Counted from the stretch's first letter, positions 1 through 14,940 are shown. The stretch is DNA of 64,000 bases from Octopus vulgaris (GCA_951406725.2 OX597818.1:97154001-97218000); one strand, 5' to 3'. A program made the numbers and translations. Notes: generated by a model not told the origin, from the letters alone.

Positions 1-368
1 GGGATTTACATAACTATATTATAACTTTAAAACCGCTACTTATCTATGATTTGAACATTCCAGTATGTGATGTAATCCTCTCCTCTAATAGGATTAGGGA
101 TTTATTAATCAAGTATTAACTGACAATATTTAAATTTACTCGTCCACCATCAATCATTTAATTCAGAGAATTCAAATCACAGCTAAATCTTAGCTAACAG
201 CAATTTTGTTACAAACTGTCTGAACACAGTGTTGCTTTTAAGGTTTTTTTTCAGCCTCTATATCTTGAATTCACATCATGGTACTGATGTTGCATTGTGT
301 TTTTCTAAATTAGAGAGTACTTAATTCCCACCTACACAATTTTTCTTTCTTTTCTTTCTTGAGTTTGT

Positions 369-617
369 GGAGGTGCGTAGCTTTGTGGTTAGGGTGTCAG
401 CATCATGATTATAAGATTGTGGTTTCGATTCCTGGACCGGGTGACGTGTTGTGTTCTTGAGCAAAACACTTCATTTCATGTTGCTCCAGTCCACTCAGCT
501 GGCAAAAATGAGTAATGCTGCAATGGACTGGCGTCCCATCCAGCTGGGGAACACATACGTCATAGAAACTGGGAAACTGGGTCCATGAGCCTGGCTAGGC
601 TTTAAAAGGGTGCATTT
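369..617 (+). mobile_element. tRNA-derived SINE family C (others at about 20225-20332, 22285-22480, 30073-30360, 37742-37985, 43920-44105, 57070-57180)
   Basis: A-box gtggttaggg, B-box ggtttcgattcct and shared ttgtgttcttgagcaaaacact. Confidence 0.8.
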
Positions 618-851
618 CTTTCTTGAGTTACTTCAATTTATATCTTAACAATCAAGTTGTGGCTGCTATGTTTTATTTTGTGTACTGTGCATGTTCTTTT
701 GGCTTTCATTGCTGTTTTTCTTTACTTGACTTATTGCCACAATCTATCTCTAATAATCTAATAAGGTAGTGCATCAGCTAATAAGGTAGTGTCTTACTTC
801 TTGAGAAACAGATGCCCTCAACCACCATAAAATTCACTTCCAGTTTTATCC

Positions 852-1631
852 TTAACCCTTTAGTGTTCACATTATTCTGCCAAAACTAATGCTTTTTCAT
901 CCACATTGTTTTGAACTAATCAGGTATTATCTTGTAGCTATGAGATTTTGATGAGGTAGCTGTTAATTTTTAAGATGATATTGTAGGGTTGGTGTGAGAG
1001 AACAGATATGGCCAGTCTGAACATAAAACAGGCAGAATACTTTTGGCCGGATATGGCCGGTTTAAATGCTAAAGAGTTAAACAAACAGTCGTACCAGCAA
1101 GAGAAAGTGCAGTTGGATGCTGTACATCAAAGTGTCATATTTTCCTTAACTGCTTAGCATTCAGATTACTTTGTCAAATGCAATGCTTATTAATTCACAT
1201 CATTTTGAATTAATCATGCATAATTTTGTAGCTTTGAAATTTTGGTACAATTGTATGTTTTTAGAATGACATTGTATGGTAGGTGTGAAAGACCAGATCA
1301 GGGCAATCTGAATGTAAAACAGGTAGAATATTTGAGCCGGATATTGGCTGGTTTAAATGCTAAAAGGTTAAACTGAAATCTTGTTTGAACGCTTGCAACA
1401 GAGTGGACTCCATTTAACCCTTTTGTTTCTCTATTTCTGTTGAACTACATTGCCTCTGTTTAAATTAATTTTGGAAATAAAGAAGATTTTAGTAAAATAA
1501 CTTTGTCATCATTTAGCTGGTGTTTGGAACATAGATTAGCATGAAATTTAAATTGAGGGTTTTAATTTAAAACACTTCAAAACATAATGGGCCAAGGGTA
1601 ATCTCAGGCAGGTTTGTATTAAAACGATTAA
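852..1631. mobile_element. Three adjacent piggyBac-like MITEs (852-1080, 1146-1371, 1414-1631)
   Basis: Each is bounded by TTAA with CCC.../...GG-like termini. The first two are clearly homologous to each other. Confidence 0.7.
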
Positions 1632-2060
1632 GGAACTAGAGGGCTCTAGTTGTGGAAAACTGGGTGGTTAATTAAGTCCACAACAAATGTTTGTGTGTGC
1701 GTGTGTGTGTGTGTGTGTATATATCTACACACATACACACATACACACACACACATTACACAAGTTTACATGAATGTGTGTGTCTGACGGTGTACTTTTA
1801 AAGTAGTATATCATGAATAAGTTTATAAATGTACAGTACATACAGATAATTAGGTGATTAAGACACCTATGTTATTAGTTGTCTATGAAAGATTAACTAA
1901 ATTATGATAAGTTCTATGTTATAAGAGGCCCAAATGGTAAAGATTGATAATCATTTATGATTTTTAGCTTCTACTGACTACACTTTAAGCTACAATTTGG
2001 TTGCTCTTCACTCATAGCATTGCAGTCCTCTGGTTTTCCTGTTTCTTATACCATATATAT

Positions 2061-2289
2061 TTCTTTATTGCCCACAAGGGGCTAAATATAGAGGGTACAA
2101 ACAAGGACAGACAAAAAGATTAAGTAGATTACATCAACCCTAGTGCGTAACTGGTACTTTATTTATTGATCCTGAAAGGATGAAAGGCAAAGTCAATCTC
2201 GGCGGAATTTGAACTCAGAACGTAATGGCAGACGAAATACTGCTAAGCATTTTGCCCGGCATGCTAACGTTTCTGCCAGCTCGCCACCT
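2061..2289 (-). mobile_element. SINE family A
   Basis: Reverse complement of 33951-34183, with CpG decay. Confidence 0.85.
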
Positions 2290-2639
2290 TTGTTTCTTAT
2301 ACCATATATTGATTCAATTTTATTTTCCTTTCAGACAGATGCTTATAAAATTCAACTCACAGTAACCATTATTCAACACCTCTCAAAAGCATATGAATGT
2401 ATTAGTTCTCATTGTAAATGAAGAATATTTGGTCTTTCTTTAAGATCTAGAAGAAGTATGTGCATTTTACAAGTGATATTGCAACATATATGTGTATGTG
2501 TTCATATGCACATGTGCGTGTGTGTATATGTGTGTGTGTGCGCATGCGTGCACACACGTGCACACACATACACACATTTACATACACACACATTCCTGAA
2601 GAAAGATAAAAACTACAGTGAGTTGGTTGAATTCTGTTT

Positions 2640-3510
2640 AAACAATGGATGGGAGACAATATGACTCCTTGTAGGAATAGACGAATGGTGTGTGAAGGCC
2701 ATACAAGCCATGTACAGGTTGCTGTCAGTAAGGTGAGAGCTTGCAACAAGTACAATGATGAATTTAGTGTGTAGGGAGGGGTTCACCAGAGTATAGTGCT
2801 CAATCCCCTTCTTTTTATCAGTCTTTCAAGCAATAATGGAGGTGCTTAAGACTGGATGTCCATGGAAAATCCTATATACTGATGACCTCATTCTTATAGC
2901 TGAGTCTGTTATAAGATCAGAGAAGAAATTGCAGGCATGGAAGGAAAATTGGATTCAAGGTTAACTCAGCAAAAACTAAAGTATTAAATAAGACAAACTG
3001 ATACGACCCTGACACCATCAGAAAAATGGCTTTCCTCAGAATGTAGTGTACATTATCTGGTGTACCTGATGCAAACTACAGACACACAAAAGATGCAGTG
3101 AAATCATAGGCAGGTTAACAGAGAAAGCAGATGTATGTGGCTGATGTACAGGATTAATACACATTATGAGAACACAGGAGACAGATTCATTCAAATGTCC
3201 AAGAAAATTCCTAGTGGTAGTTGATAGCTTCTATTCCTTAGGTAACCTAATTAGCAGTTGAAGAGGATGTTCTGAAAGGGTAGTAGCTAGTGTAAGAACA
3301 TGCTGGAGAAAGTTGAGGGAGTTATTATTTCTGTTGACAATAAAAAAGTTTCTTTTTTGAAGTGAAAGACAGACTATGTGAGGCTTGTGTATGAACTGCA
3401 ATGCCACATTGTAGTCAGATATGACCTTGAATGCAGCAGACCTGCAATGATTTAGAAAGAAATGAAGCAAGCATAATCTGCTGGATGTTGAATATCTATG
3501 TGCATATGAG
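2640..3510 (+). mobile_element. Decayed RTE-like LINE RT fragment
   Basis: Remnants GVHQS..LNPLLF and PWKILYTDDLILIAES, with many stop codons. Confidence 0.75.
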
Positions 3511-3519
3511 GTCTGAGCA

Positions 3520-3830
3520 AAAAGTATCAGGACTGATGCTAAAAAAAGAAAACTACAACAGATATCAATTTGGTATCTAATCTCCTTCAATGTAGTTCCC
3601 TTCTGAAGCTACACATTTTATCCAGAATTTTCCTCACTGATGGAAGCATTCCTGGAACTCCTTTTTTAAGATAAGGAGCAGATGCCTTGTCACATTCTAT
3701 TGGATTTCCTTGATGTTTTGAAATCTTGTTTCTTCACGTGGGATTTGATTTTTGGAAAGAGGAAAAATTACAGGTATCACCAAACTTTTGGAAAAAATTG
3801 ATGCAGATCCCCAACTTATTCTGGCATGGT
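3520..3830 (-). mobile_element. Decayed mariner fragment
   Basis: The minus strand resembles a mariner transposase C-terminus ending near a TIR-like remnant. Confidence 0.45.
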
Positions 3831-5132
3831 CAGCGATGGAACCTCTGTGGTGTGGTGAGATGACCACACTCTATACACGTTATTTCCAAGTATTGCTTTG
3901 AACAATGGAAGTGAGCGAGAACATAACTTGAGCAGAGCTCAAGGTCAGTCTGTACCAAGTGGCTTCACACTGTATAATTTAGATCCAATCTCATAACTAC
4001 ACTCCTGATTCTTTTTGATCAGACCTTGTATATGACAGAGAATAGAAATGTGTTGAGAAAACCTGGGCATAAATGAGTAAACAGAAGTAGTGAGCAAGTG
4101 ATAAAACTATTGATTTGGCTATGTGGTGTGTATGGATGAGGGCAGTTATATATAAAAAAAGGGCTGATAGCTTACAGTATATGGAACCTGTAATATATCA
4201 ATAGAGAGCATTTTGCAATGAGGAACAATGGATTTTGGACTTTATTTATTAAACATGAAAAATTAAGAAAAATTCACAATCTATTATCTAATGCCTAACT
4301 GGGAACAAAAAAAATTTTTTCTTTATATTAATAAAATATTGCTGTACAAATCTTGATAAAATGTTATTTTGAGAGGCTGGGGAACAGAAATAAATACAGA
4401 TTTTATGAAATTAATCTGAAGATAAAATTGGGAATTTCTTTACATTCTGGAGAGGTTCAGGAGTAGGGTAGGAGTAGAGACATCCTGTGGTGCAACAGAG
4501 CCACTTATAAAACTGTTAACCAAAATGTAGAATCCACATTAGGTAAACAACAGCATGGATTTAATCCCATACGATATAACAAGATTGGAATTAAGGTCAC
4601 TGAAATTAACACAGTGAGTAATGTTGATAATAGAAATCCCTAAAACAATATTTAAGGATTATCATATTATTTGACAGGGAAATAAATCCTTTGACTATCT
4701 TTAACATAAGTTAAGATGATGTGGGATGAGGTGATGAAGGCTGATCTCAGGATATTGAATCTCTTGGAGGAGACAATAAAAGACTAAGATGGCTGGCAAT
4801 ATTCAGTGCTCAAGAAGACCTACCTAGCTATACTAGCACAGCATGACAAATTCTGAAGGCATAATATGTATGCATACAACTGAAGTTGTGGAAGCATGTG
4901 TATGCACACCATGCATGCAACTAGATCCCTCACCCAGTGTCCTTGACAGGTCTACAATTGTTTCTTTACTTCTCTTCCCTTTCCCCAAACAAATGGATCT
5001 CTCCCTTGAACCACTCCCTGTTGACATCCATTCGTCTTACTTACAATCATCACTCTCACCTGTGTTTACCATGAATTGACTATTGTCTACCCCAGTTTTA
5101 TCAACATCCCATCATTGTCACATCAGTCTCTC

Positions 5133-5304
<172 letters not shown>

Positions 5305-5807
5305 GCTTTACACATAATCTGTAAACAACACATGCATACAGATGCATATACAATATACACTTACGTAAATACAATATAAATAAATATCTCCCTTAAGTAT
5401 GTATACGTGTTTGTGTAAGTCAGAGTGAACGTATGTAACGTAAACATTCGGTGACAAATCCTTCTAATCGTGATATAGTAAGAAAAAAATGACAATATGG
5501 GGAATCTTCGTCAGATTAAATTAATCATTTACGAAGTTAATGTGTTGATGATTAATCAGTTTGTTTTAAACAAGGTTTACTAGGATTTGTGAAGGACAGG
5601 TAAGAAAACAAGGGAGATAACTCATAGTGTTAATGTATTACCCGTTGTCTTCTATGAATTGAGTTGGTCGTTTTAATCTTTTTGTTTTTGTTGTACATTA
5701 ACCAAATACTAATAATAAAAAAATTAAATCTCTTTCAGAATATCTATATATGAAGAGACACCTCCCGAGACACACACACACACACTTTGCCAGTCTTACC
5801 TATACAA

Positions 5808-5868
<61 letters not shown>

Positions 5869-5869
<1 letters not shown>

Positions 5870-6003
5870 ATGATCGCCTGGGGCTAAATGCATCAGTAAC
5901 ACCCCCACCGCCCTGTCCTGTCCCTAGCCACATTCAAATGGCTAATGTCCCTTTTGTTATGGAGCAGTTACTGTCTATATCTCGTTTAGAGAATTATTAT
6001 TGC

Positions 6004-6004
<1 letters not shown>
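5869..6004 (+). mobile_element. Diverged, 5'-truncated solo copy of the 359-bp element
   Basis: Aligns to the unit (cgcctggggctaaatgca...tagagaattattattgct), ends at the same base as the array, and is flanked by (TA)n on both sides. Confidence 0.9.
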
Positions 6005-6053
<49 letters not shown>

Positions 6054-6685
6054 ATAGTAATTAGTGAAAAAACTTCAGAAGGCTTGTTTTAAAAGGTTAA
6101 AAAATATATATGAATAATAAAGTTGCAGAGAATATGGAATAACTGCTTTAATTTTCTAATATATAACTCTGTAAGGTAAAGCGGCTGGCATCAGGAAGGG
6201 CATCCAGCTATAGAAATATACCAAAGCAGACCGTAGAGTTGGTGCAGTCCTCTGGTTTGCCAGCTCTTGTCAAACCATCCAACCCAAACCAGCATGGAAG
6301 ATAAACATTAAATGATAATGATGATGATGATGATGACTTAAACACTTTTCCACAAACCATCTATCAGCGTCTAGCCCAACAGATAACCCACCGTGGTATT
6401 CTAGGAAAATTATTCTTTTGGTCAACTGATATAAGGCAGAATTATTTCTTTCTTTCCATCGTTTTTGTCATTAAAAAATTATCTTTGTTCAAACTTAAAC
6501 AGTATCTTGTATTTATTTTTTTCACTAAATATATTCTGTTACTTTCATAATCTATTTTTTAAATTTCTGTGACCTGTTACTGTCTTTCTTATTTAATGCT
6601 TTAGATTGATAGACACAGGGGGAGAGGTAAATGCACAGAGGAATGCTTGTAAAGATAGATATACACAGACATAGAAAGAGGGAGG

Positions 6686-6730
<45 letters not shown>

Positions 6731-8032
6731 AGAGTATAAGATAAGTGAGTAGGAGCTGAGAATGAGAGAGTTAATAAGGATGGAGCAGAGAAAGGGAGGT
6801 AGAGACAGAAATTAATAGGCAAATAGACTGATATAAGAGAAAGAGAGGGATAATGACTGAGATAGATAGATTGATAGATAGATAGATAGTTAGAGAAAGA
6901 GAGAGAGAGAGTGAGGGAAGGAGAGAGACAAAAGTAGATGGTTCATTTGAAAAAGAAATTAAAAGACATGTAAAGCATTAGGCACATGCGAGTGAGTTTG
7001 TGCATACATATGTATGTATATATGTATGTATGTATGTATGCATGTATGCATGTATGTATGTATGCTATATATGATGGGGGTGGAAGCAATGGTAGTAAAG
7101 TCATGCAAAGCTAAAAAGAGTAATGTGTGTTGTGTTGGTACAGTAGTGGAAGACTCATCTCATGCTAGATTAGCTTTTTGCCGACTTAGTTCATAGGACG
7201 CACCTAGCTGATCTGTAACCTTGAAATTTATCCTCACTATCAATCCATAATCTCAAGCTGGCTGTTGTTTATTACATCTACACTCTTACTTATTCTGTTC
7301 ACAAATACAGACACTATATTTCTAGCATTTAAACCAAGTAGATCCACACACATACACACACACACGCACACACACACACACATATATGTATATATATATA
7401 TAAATATATATATATATGTATATACATATTTTCTGAAAAACACAAAAAACGGGTTCGTAAGGAAGTAAGGAACACAAAGTACATAAGGATCATAAGGATA
7501 CATTTGTTTGAAGGCCCGGAAGGAAAAAAAAAATTGCCAACATGGACAAGAGTAAGTATTTTGTACTGTTTGTAAGGTTTTACAGTGACATTTTGCATAT
7601 TATTAAGCATATGGTCACTCAGTGATATTCTTATAGATGTTAATTTGTGTAACTGAATGTATGATGTTTGTATGAGCATAAATGAATCTGTGAGTAGATG
7701 AGAAGAGGTGTGGTTTGAAGTGTAAGTGCATGTATCTGGGTGGATACCTCTTGCCCATATATATATATATATATATTACTTTATATAATTATGTGTATAA
7801 TTATAATTAGGGTTCAGCAAAAAAATTTACTTTGCCACATACCAAACTTTTAGAAATAGCAGCCAAAGAACTTAGCTATTTCTTCTACTATAAGATGAAT
7901 CTCCCAGACAATGTATACTCAAAAACAATTCACATAGGCATAGAGGGAAAAATAACGAAAATTCACCTGGCATTTGATTACTTGTGGACGCGTTTCTGCA
8001 TCCACAAGTAATCAAAAGTACCTCTTATAAAG

Positions 8033-8088
<56 letters not shown>

Positions 8089-8366
8089 ATATATATATGA
8101 GACTTTATAAGAGGTAATGGTGTCATTGAAACCCAAAGGAATCAGGTAATGCTGAATAAGTGCTACAGACAGACCATAGTTAAGTTTAAATTCTGTTGGA
8201 TTTTACTCATAAGGTATTGGAATCTTACATATATACCATTCTGCCTAAAAAATGGATCTACAACTTCAATATCCCTACATATCTCACATCTATTTTCTTT
8301 CCTCCACCACACTCTCTATTTTGTATCCTATCTGAATTAAGTATTACTTAACCATCCTCTCATTAT

Positions 8367-8418
8367 GTCTCCGATGAAGGGATATAATTAATAAATATCC
8401 TGGAAACAGCTGTAAGAC
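8367..8418 (+). ncRNA. Type I hammerhead ribozyme motif
   Basis: gucu-CCGAUGA-a-gggauau(9 nt)auauccu-g-GAAA-cagcug-UA^agac, with palindromic stem III ACAGCUGU. Confidence 0.8.
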
Positions 8419-8796
8419 CTTCTATCTATAAATGTTATAATATCTACACAGCCTTGGTTTTTTATCTCATTACGCAAAAAATTCTTATGAGACTTATATG
8501 CATACATACATACATACATACATACATGTGTGTATGTGAATGTATGTAATGTAATAATGTATAACAGTGTAAAAATGTAAACTACAGTGATCTCTAAAAT
8601 ACATATATACAGTATGATAAAAAGAAAAATGTGGCAAGACATGTGTACATATGCATAAATATGTATTTATGAATATGCATTGGATAGGTTCTCTCTCTCT
8701 TTATTTCTACTCCTCTCTATCTGTGTCTTTATATATCTATGTATATATTTGTGTGTGTGTCTATATATGTGTGTCTGTGTGTATGAATGTGTGTGT

Positions 8797-8831
<35 letters not shown>

Positions 8832-9552
8832 CATATATATGTCGTCATCATCATCATCATCATCATCATTCTACATTCTTTTTTCTTTGCTCATAAGGTT
8901 TAAACAGATCTTCTCCTTCATAATGTCTTGCCACATGATGTGGTCCTTTGTCATCCCCAGCTTTTTGAGATTCAGGAAGCCAGCATGTGTTTCCACTACT
9001 TCTTTCCATGCCTTCTGAAAGAGTAATTTTGATTTGTATTGCTCAAAATTTCTTCATTCAATTGGCATCCTAAATGGGTACCACATGTCCATACCAGTAC
9101 TCTCTTCAACATTACAGCTGATTCCTTTTATACCAATATTTTTACTTCCTTAGCTCCTGTGTGCTCAGTTAGGCATACATTGAAATGATACACAATCAAG
9201 GGAGCTTTCTTACCTCCTTGTTTTTCAGATTTTAAGATGCAACCCCTACATCTAATGTTCATGTTTTTCCGCTATGCAATATCACACATGATATACAAGT
9301 GTCACTTAGAGATGCAATCTCTTTGTGGTCTTTGTGGTCTTCATAAGTAATAGATCACTTGACTTTTTTTACCTACCATTACCCTGTCTATTATACTTTT
9401 GCAACTCCCACCACAACTGCTGATTAGGTCACTAAAGTATCAGGAGCTGTCAACTAAAACTAGTGAGCCTTCCAGACAGGTGAACGGATTCATTACAAGA
9501 GGTAATGGTATCTTATTGCCAACAGTTTATATTAGTATACAGTGTGTATGTG

Positions 9553-9599
<47 letters not shown>

Positions 9600-10399
9600 A
9601 CGCGCGCGCATGTGTGCGTGTGTGTGTGTGTGCGCATGAGTGTGTGTGTGTGTGTGTGTGTGTGAGAAAAATAAGAAGATGGAGATAAATCAATTAATAA
9701 GTATATTTTTTTAACTGCAAAAATAAACAATCTCTAACAGTTGTTTTGATTCATACTTTAAAGATTATAATTGTGATAATTAAATCATTTTATAAAGCAG
9801 AGTCTCATCAGAGGCAGAAAAAAAGATATATCGTTATATTATTTTATTAGATGTTAAATATATGGAACATCATTAGGTGTTAAATGTATGGAACATTGCT
9901 ATCCCTTAATGAAGCTTATCCAACCTCTAATTGAACATATATATATGTGTGTATATATATATATATATATAAGTCACAATGTATGGATTCAAACTAATCC
10001 GATGGTATTCACAAAAAAAGTTCCTTAATGTATCATGCTACAAAACACATAGGAAAACCTAACAAGTGTATAGAATTATAAATAAAGAGAGAAATATACT
10101 GTGATAAAGATTGATTTTGTTATTGGATATTCATATTTAACAATTATTTCACAGCTTAATAAACATGTATAAATAATTTATTTTATTATATTTTATGATA
10201 AATGATAAATTACTTACATGTCTCTATTAATATATTTACAATTTTTAAATTGATGCAGATATTAAGAGTAAAAGAATATATATGCATATAAAATAGTGAT
10301 TTGATGAAGATCTCAAGTATTTTCCATAAATGGCTTATTCAACTAGTCTACTCTTTATGTATGGAGTCCCACCATCAGTAAATATGTTTATTCCTTTTC

Positions 10400-10895
10400 A
10401 ACAAGTTCATTTGCAATTATGAGGTTTCAATGGAAGGACTATATTACCAATGAAGAAGTTCTGCTCTGGGCCTGACAGCCCAGCATTGAAGTTAGCATGA
10501 CACCACCTCCACTGGTCAGGACATCTCATATGTATGCCTCAGACGTGCCTCCCCACAATCACCTTTTTGAGGAGTTGGCCTCAGGCACCAGACCATATGG
10601 AAGCTCCCAATTCCGTTTCTGAGACCAGCTCAAGGTCACTCTTCTCCACCACTCCATTGACTCAAATGCTTGGGAGACAGTGCCAAAGAGATGGCATGTC
10701 AGACCAGATGAAAAATAACAGATGTCAAGAGGCAAAAATGCAAAGATTGACTTGCACATCCTTGTCTCCTGCCAACCTTCTTCTGGGATAAGTGCTCCCA
10801 CCACCGACTCTTCTATACTGTCCTTGGCCTATACAGTCACCTCAGACATTGGCATACTTCACACCCATCATGATGAAGTAGTTCAATTACTTGCT
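10400..10895 (+). mobile_element. Decayed RTE LINE 3' end
   Basis: Remnants ..DYITNEEVL.., LHWSGHLICMPQTCLP and AWETVPKRW. Confidence 0.7.
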
Positions 10896-10935
10896 AGAGA
10901 TTAACTACTCGGATATGAATTAATGCCGACAACCA

Positions 10936-10988
<53 letters not shown>

Positions 10989-11008
10989 ATTCTTTTATTC
11001 TTTATTCT

Positions 11009-11040
<32 letters not shown>

Positions 11041-11079
11041 TATGTAGCCGTAGAAACTTTATGTATGGAGTCCCAACAG

Positions 11080-11115
<36 letters not shown>

Positions 11116-11861
11116 GCTGTAGAAACCATGCCAAATCAGACTGGAGTCTGGTGCAGCCTTCCAGCTTGCTAGCCCTGGTCCAACCCATGCCAGCATAGAC
11201 AATGGACTTTAAATGATGATGATGATGATGATGTATCTCATGGTGATGATCACCAGCCTGTAACATCTATTTTTACATGCTTGCATGGGTTGGATTGAAT
11301 TTGTTAGGGTGGATTTTCTACAATCAGATGCCCTTTCTGTCAGCAACTCATCACATCTGTTTCCAAGTAAAGTAATTTTTTCCCATAATCAGGCATGTTT
11401 TCACAGAAGGTTGGAAACAAAATACACAGCTTGCGCGAAGGTAACATATGCACATACACAAAACACACACACACATGCACACACACACACACACACACAA
11501 TTGTCAATTATGTCAATTATTTTCAAATTTGAATGAAGTATATAATATTAATTATGTTTAAATTTCCATGAATTAGATTTTATTAAAAAAAACAAGGATG
11601 GAAAAAATGTCTGAAGATGAGAGAGAAAGGAGAGAAAAAATAAGAACATGAATAAGAAAAAAAGAAGAATAGGTGTAAAGTTTATGGTAAAAATAATTAA
11701 GGTTCGTCGTGTATAAAAGTGAGAAAACTACTGGATGTAAAATAAATGTGAAGTGGAGAAATGTGTTTGAGGAATTATGGAAGATTTCTTGAATTAGAGA
11801 GTTTCAAATATAAACAGTAATTTGGAGAAGTGAAAGCAAAATGGCAAGAGAGAGAGACGGG

Positions 11862-11900
<39 letters not shown>

Positions 11901-13762
11901 TAAGGAAATAAACATTTTGAGAAACATAGATGGTAAAGAACTAAGAAAAAAGAGAATATAAAAATAATAATGGTTTCAAAATTTTGGCATAAACCCATCA
12001 ATTTTAGTAGGAGGGGCATGGTTGGTTACATCGACCCTAGTGCTCAACTGGTAGTTATTTTATTGACCCTGAAAGGATGATTGGCTGAGTTGATCTGGGT
12101 AGTATTTGAACTTGACTGTAAAGAGCTAAAAAAAATTGCTGCTGACCATTCTGTCAATTTACTCCCTTTTTTAATTTTTCCAAATTTTGGCACAAGGCCA
12201 GAAATTTTAGGAGGAGTTAGTCAATTCCATTGACCCCATTTCTTGACTGGTACTTTATTCTATTGACCCCCAAAGGGAATAAAAGCTCACTATTCTCATC
12301 CACCTTTTAGAAAATTTTCCTTTTCAAGTAAAACCTGAAAAGTTGATGAGGGCTTGGACAAAGAGAAAGGGCTATTACGTGATGGAAATTTGAAGCTGGG
12401 TTTTTGCTTTACAATCTCTCCTGTTTAATTAAAGGATCCCAATGAACTATGCTTGGCCTATTGATAGCCTTGTATATTCCTTGATTCTTTGAATCATCTT
12501 ATCTTCCAATATCATTCTATATCTATGATGTTGACTTTGTTCCACAGCATTTGTTGATTCTTCCTTCTTTACAAATGTTTGATTTCTCTGCCAAACCACA
12601 TATGGATTTATGATGCTCTTTTAATTTGACAAGGCTCCCACAGAAGAAGCCTTGTCAGTAGTTCAAGATTAAGTGAAATAGAATTATTCTTCAAGAATTC
12701 CTGTGATTAGTACCTAGTGGCTGGCTGAAGTGAAATGATGGGTAATCTCATGAAACTGCTGTTTTTTTACATCAGAGCAGTCTTCTTCTAGACGGATGCT
12801 GTGACAATAGCTAGAGGTCCCTCACTTCCAGTGGTTTTACTGTGTTCCCTGACACCAACCAAGAGTATTTCTAAGTCTCTGTGCTCAGATGGAATGTCAT
12901 CACATATGTTAGTTAACTCATAGCTGGGACCCTGACAGGTGCTACTAGTCTGAGTCAGAACAGACTTGGGAACAATCGTGTCTAAGAGGTAATTCCACAC
13001 CTAGCTATGCACTGCTGTGAAGATGGTTACTGAAAGCAAACCCCTTGTACGAAGCACCTGTGAATAAATGGGTTTTGAATTTACTCCGCCTGAGAACTTC
13101 ATTCTTCGTATTTTCAGCTCCCTGAATCAACAGAATAATTATAAAGGAAGAAGAAGATACCCCAAAAGTATCATAAAAACCCTCCTTCCATTATACATAC
13201 ATACATAATTAATGAACAGCACCAAAATACCTAAGCTAAGATTTGAAACTGAATTCACATTTTTCCACACTGTCAAACAAGTTCTTGGCCTATTGTCTTA
13301 GCCTTTCAGTGCTAAGAAATTAATGAGAGTGAGTTGACCTCAGATCTTTTTCGAGTTATTCGCAGGTCAAAACTGATATAGTGAAGGATCCTATTGTTCT
13401 TGGCTGACCTAATTAAATTAGAGAAGCAGATATCAGTTGACCTCATTCGGCCATCCAGCATCAGGCCGAAGAGCAAGCTTTCTCTCTCTTGATTGACCTG
13501 TCTTGTGGTCAAAGAGTAACTCTTCTCAGGATGTTGATCAACGCACGAAGCTAGTCCTCCCATAGTTGCTATCTGCATACATTCCTTTTATTTTGGATTT
13601 CTCGCAAGCAGTCACAGAAATGAAACTACTTACTATCATATGAAATGGACTGGAGATCTACAAACAAGCTGTGTATATACAAGCAGCTTGATGAAGTTGT
13701 ATATATCTTATACATTGTAACGACTAATATTATTATCATCTTAATAAATGGCCATTTTAAAA

Positions 13763-14940
13763 CACTGGTCAACAAAATTAAATGTATTACACTCATTATC
13801 AATACAAACCAACTTTTTTAGACTAATTTTTCAGGCTGATTTCAAAATTTCACTCCATTTGTATGCAACATGTATCAGTTACATGTTTGTATACATGAAG
13901 TCATTAACGTAATAAATAAGGACGTATTATTTTTAGAAAGTAAATGGGTTTATTGAGTTAAAAATAATCACCATCATTCTACAAAGAGTGAATACACAAA
14001 AAATGGGTCAAACAAAACAAAATTAGAACAACAGAGTTAGAAGCATTGTAAATTGGATATCCTGCAGTGTTCCTGATCTGGTAAAGTGTCCAGCAGTAGT
14101 CAGCCAGCATTCTGTCATTCTAGAAGTCTTGGTACCATTTCTCCATAGCACTAATGTCCTGGTGAAATCTTTCATTATGTTCATCAGACACTGCTCCAGA
14201 TGGGAGTCCAAGAAGTGAACCTTCAGTGACATATGACAACCCATTGCTGAGTGACATTTCAGAAGATTCTTGATGCTATGCTTGTAGTCCATTGCCTTTT
14301 TGTTACCCGAGAAATTCTCACAGATCCAATTGAAAGCATTCCAGGCAAGCAGTTCCAGTTCATCCAGTGTTGTCTTGATGTTCATAGTACTTATCTAATT
14401 TGGGGTTTGACAAAGATACCCTCTTTCAATTTCGCCTGTGTGATTTTGGGTAACTTTTCTACAATATACTCAAAGCCTCTGGCATTTCTCTTCCCTAGTG
14501 TCTTTACAAACTGTTTCATCAGTCCAAGCTTTATTTACAAAGGAGGCAATAGGACATTACATGGATCTACAAGAGGTGTATACTTGACGTGAGACAGTCC
14601 TGGCTGGTATGATGTTCTTGTCTCCAGTTTGATTCCGAATAATGTCTGTCAGTTGCCTGACTATCCCATAGACACAAGAAACAACAGTATTTTGTGAAAC
14701 CTGGTCGCATTCCCATAAACATTCCAATGACTTTTAAACCTCCACATATTGTCCATGAGTAGCTTTCATAGGCATTTCATGAAGTAAAAGCTCTATATTC
14801 TCATATGATCCATGAAGATGACTGGAGTGTGTAGTAGGTATGGAGGGTTTGAAGTTACCAATATAGAGAAGTACAGCTTTTAAACTTCATTTTGAAGAGT
14901 CAATAAACAAATGTCATTCTCTGCAGGATCATGATTTTAT
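13763..14940 (-). mobile_element. Decayed DNA transposon (Chapaev3/CMC-like transposase)
   Basis: Minus-strand remnants LLPPL*IKLGLMKQFVKTL, KLKEGIFVKPQIR, MSLKVHFLDSHL and ERFHQDI, with a CAC terminus at 13763. The family assignment is from memory. Confidence 0.65.

Noticed and set aside
12300-13650. Complex unique-looking sequence with two short minus-strand ORFs
   Set aside because: No recognisable domain or consistent exon structure, so it cannot be assigned without a search.
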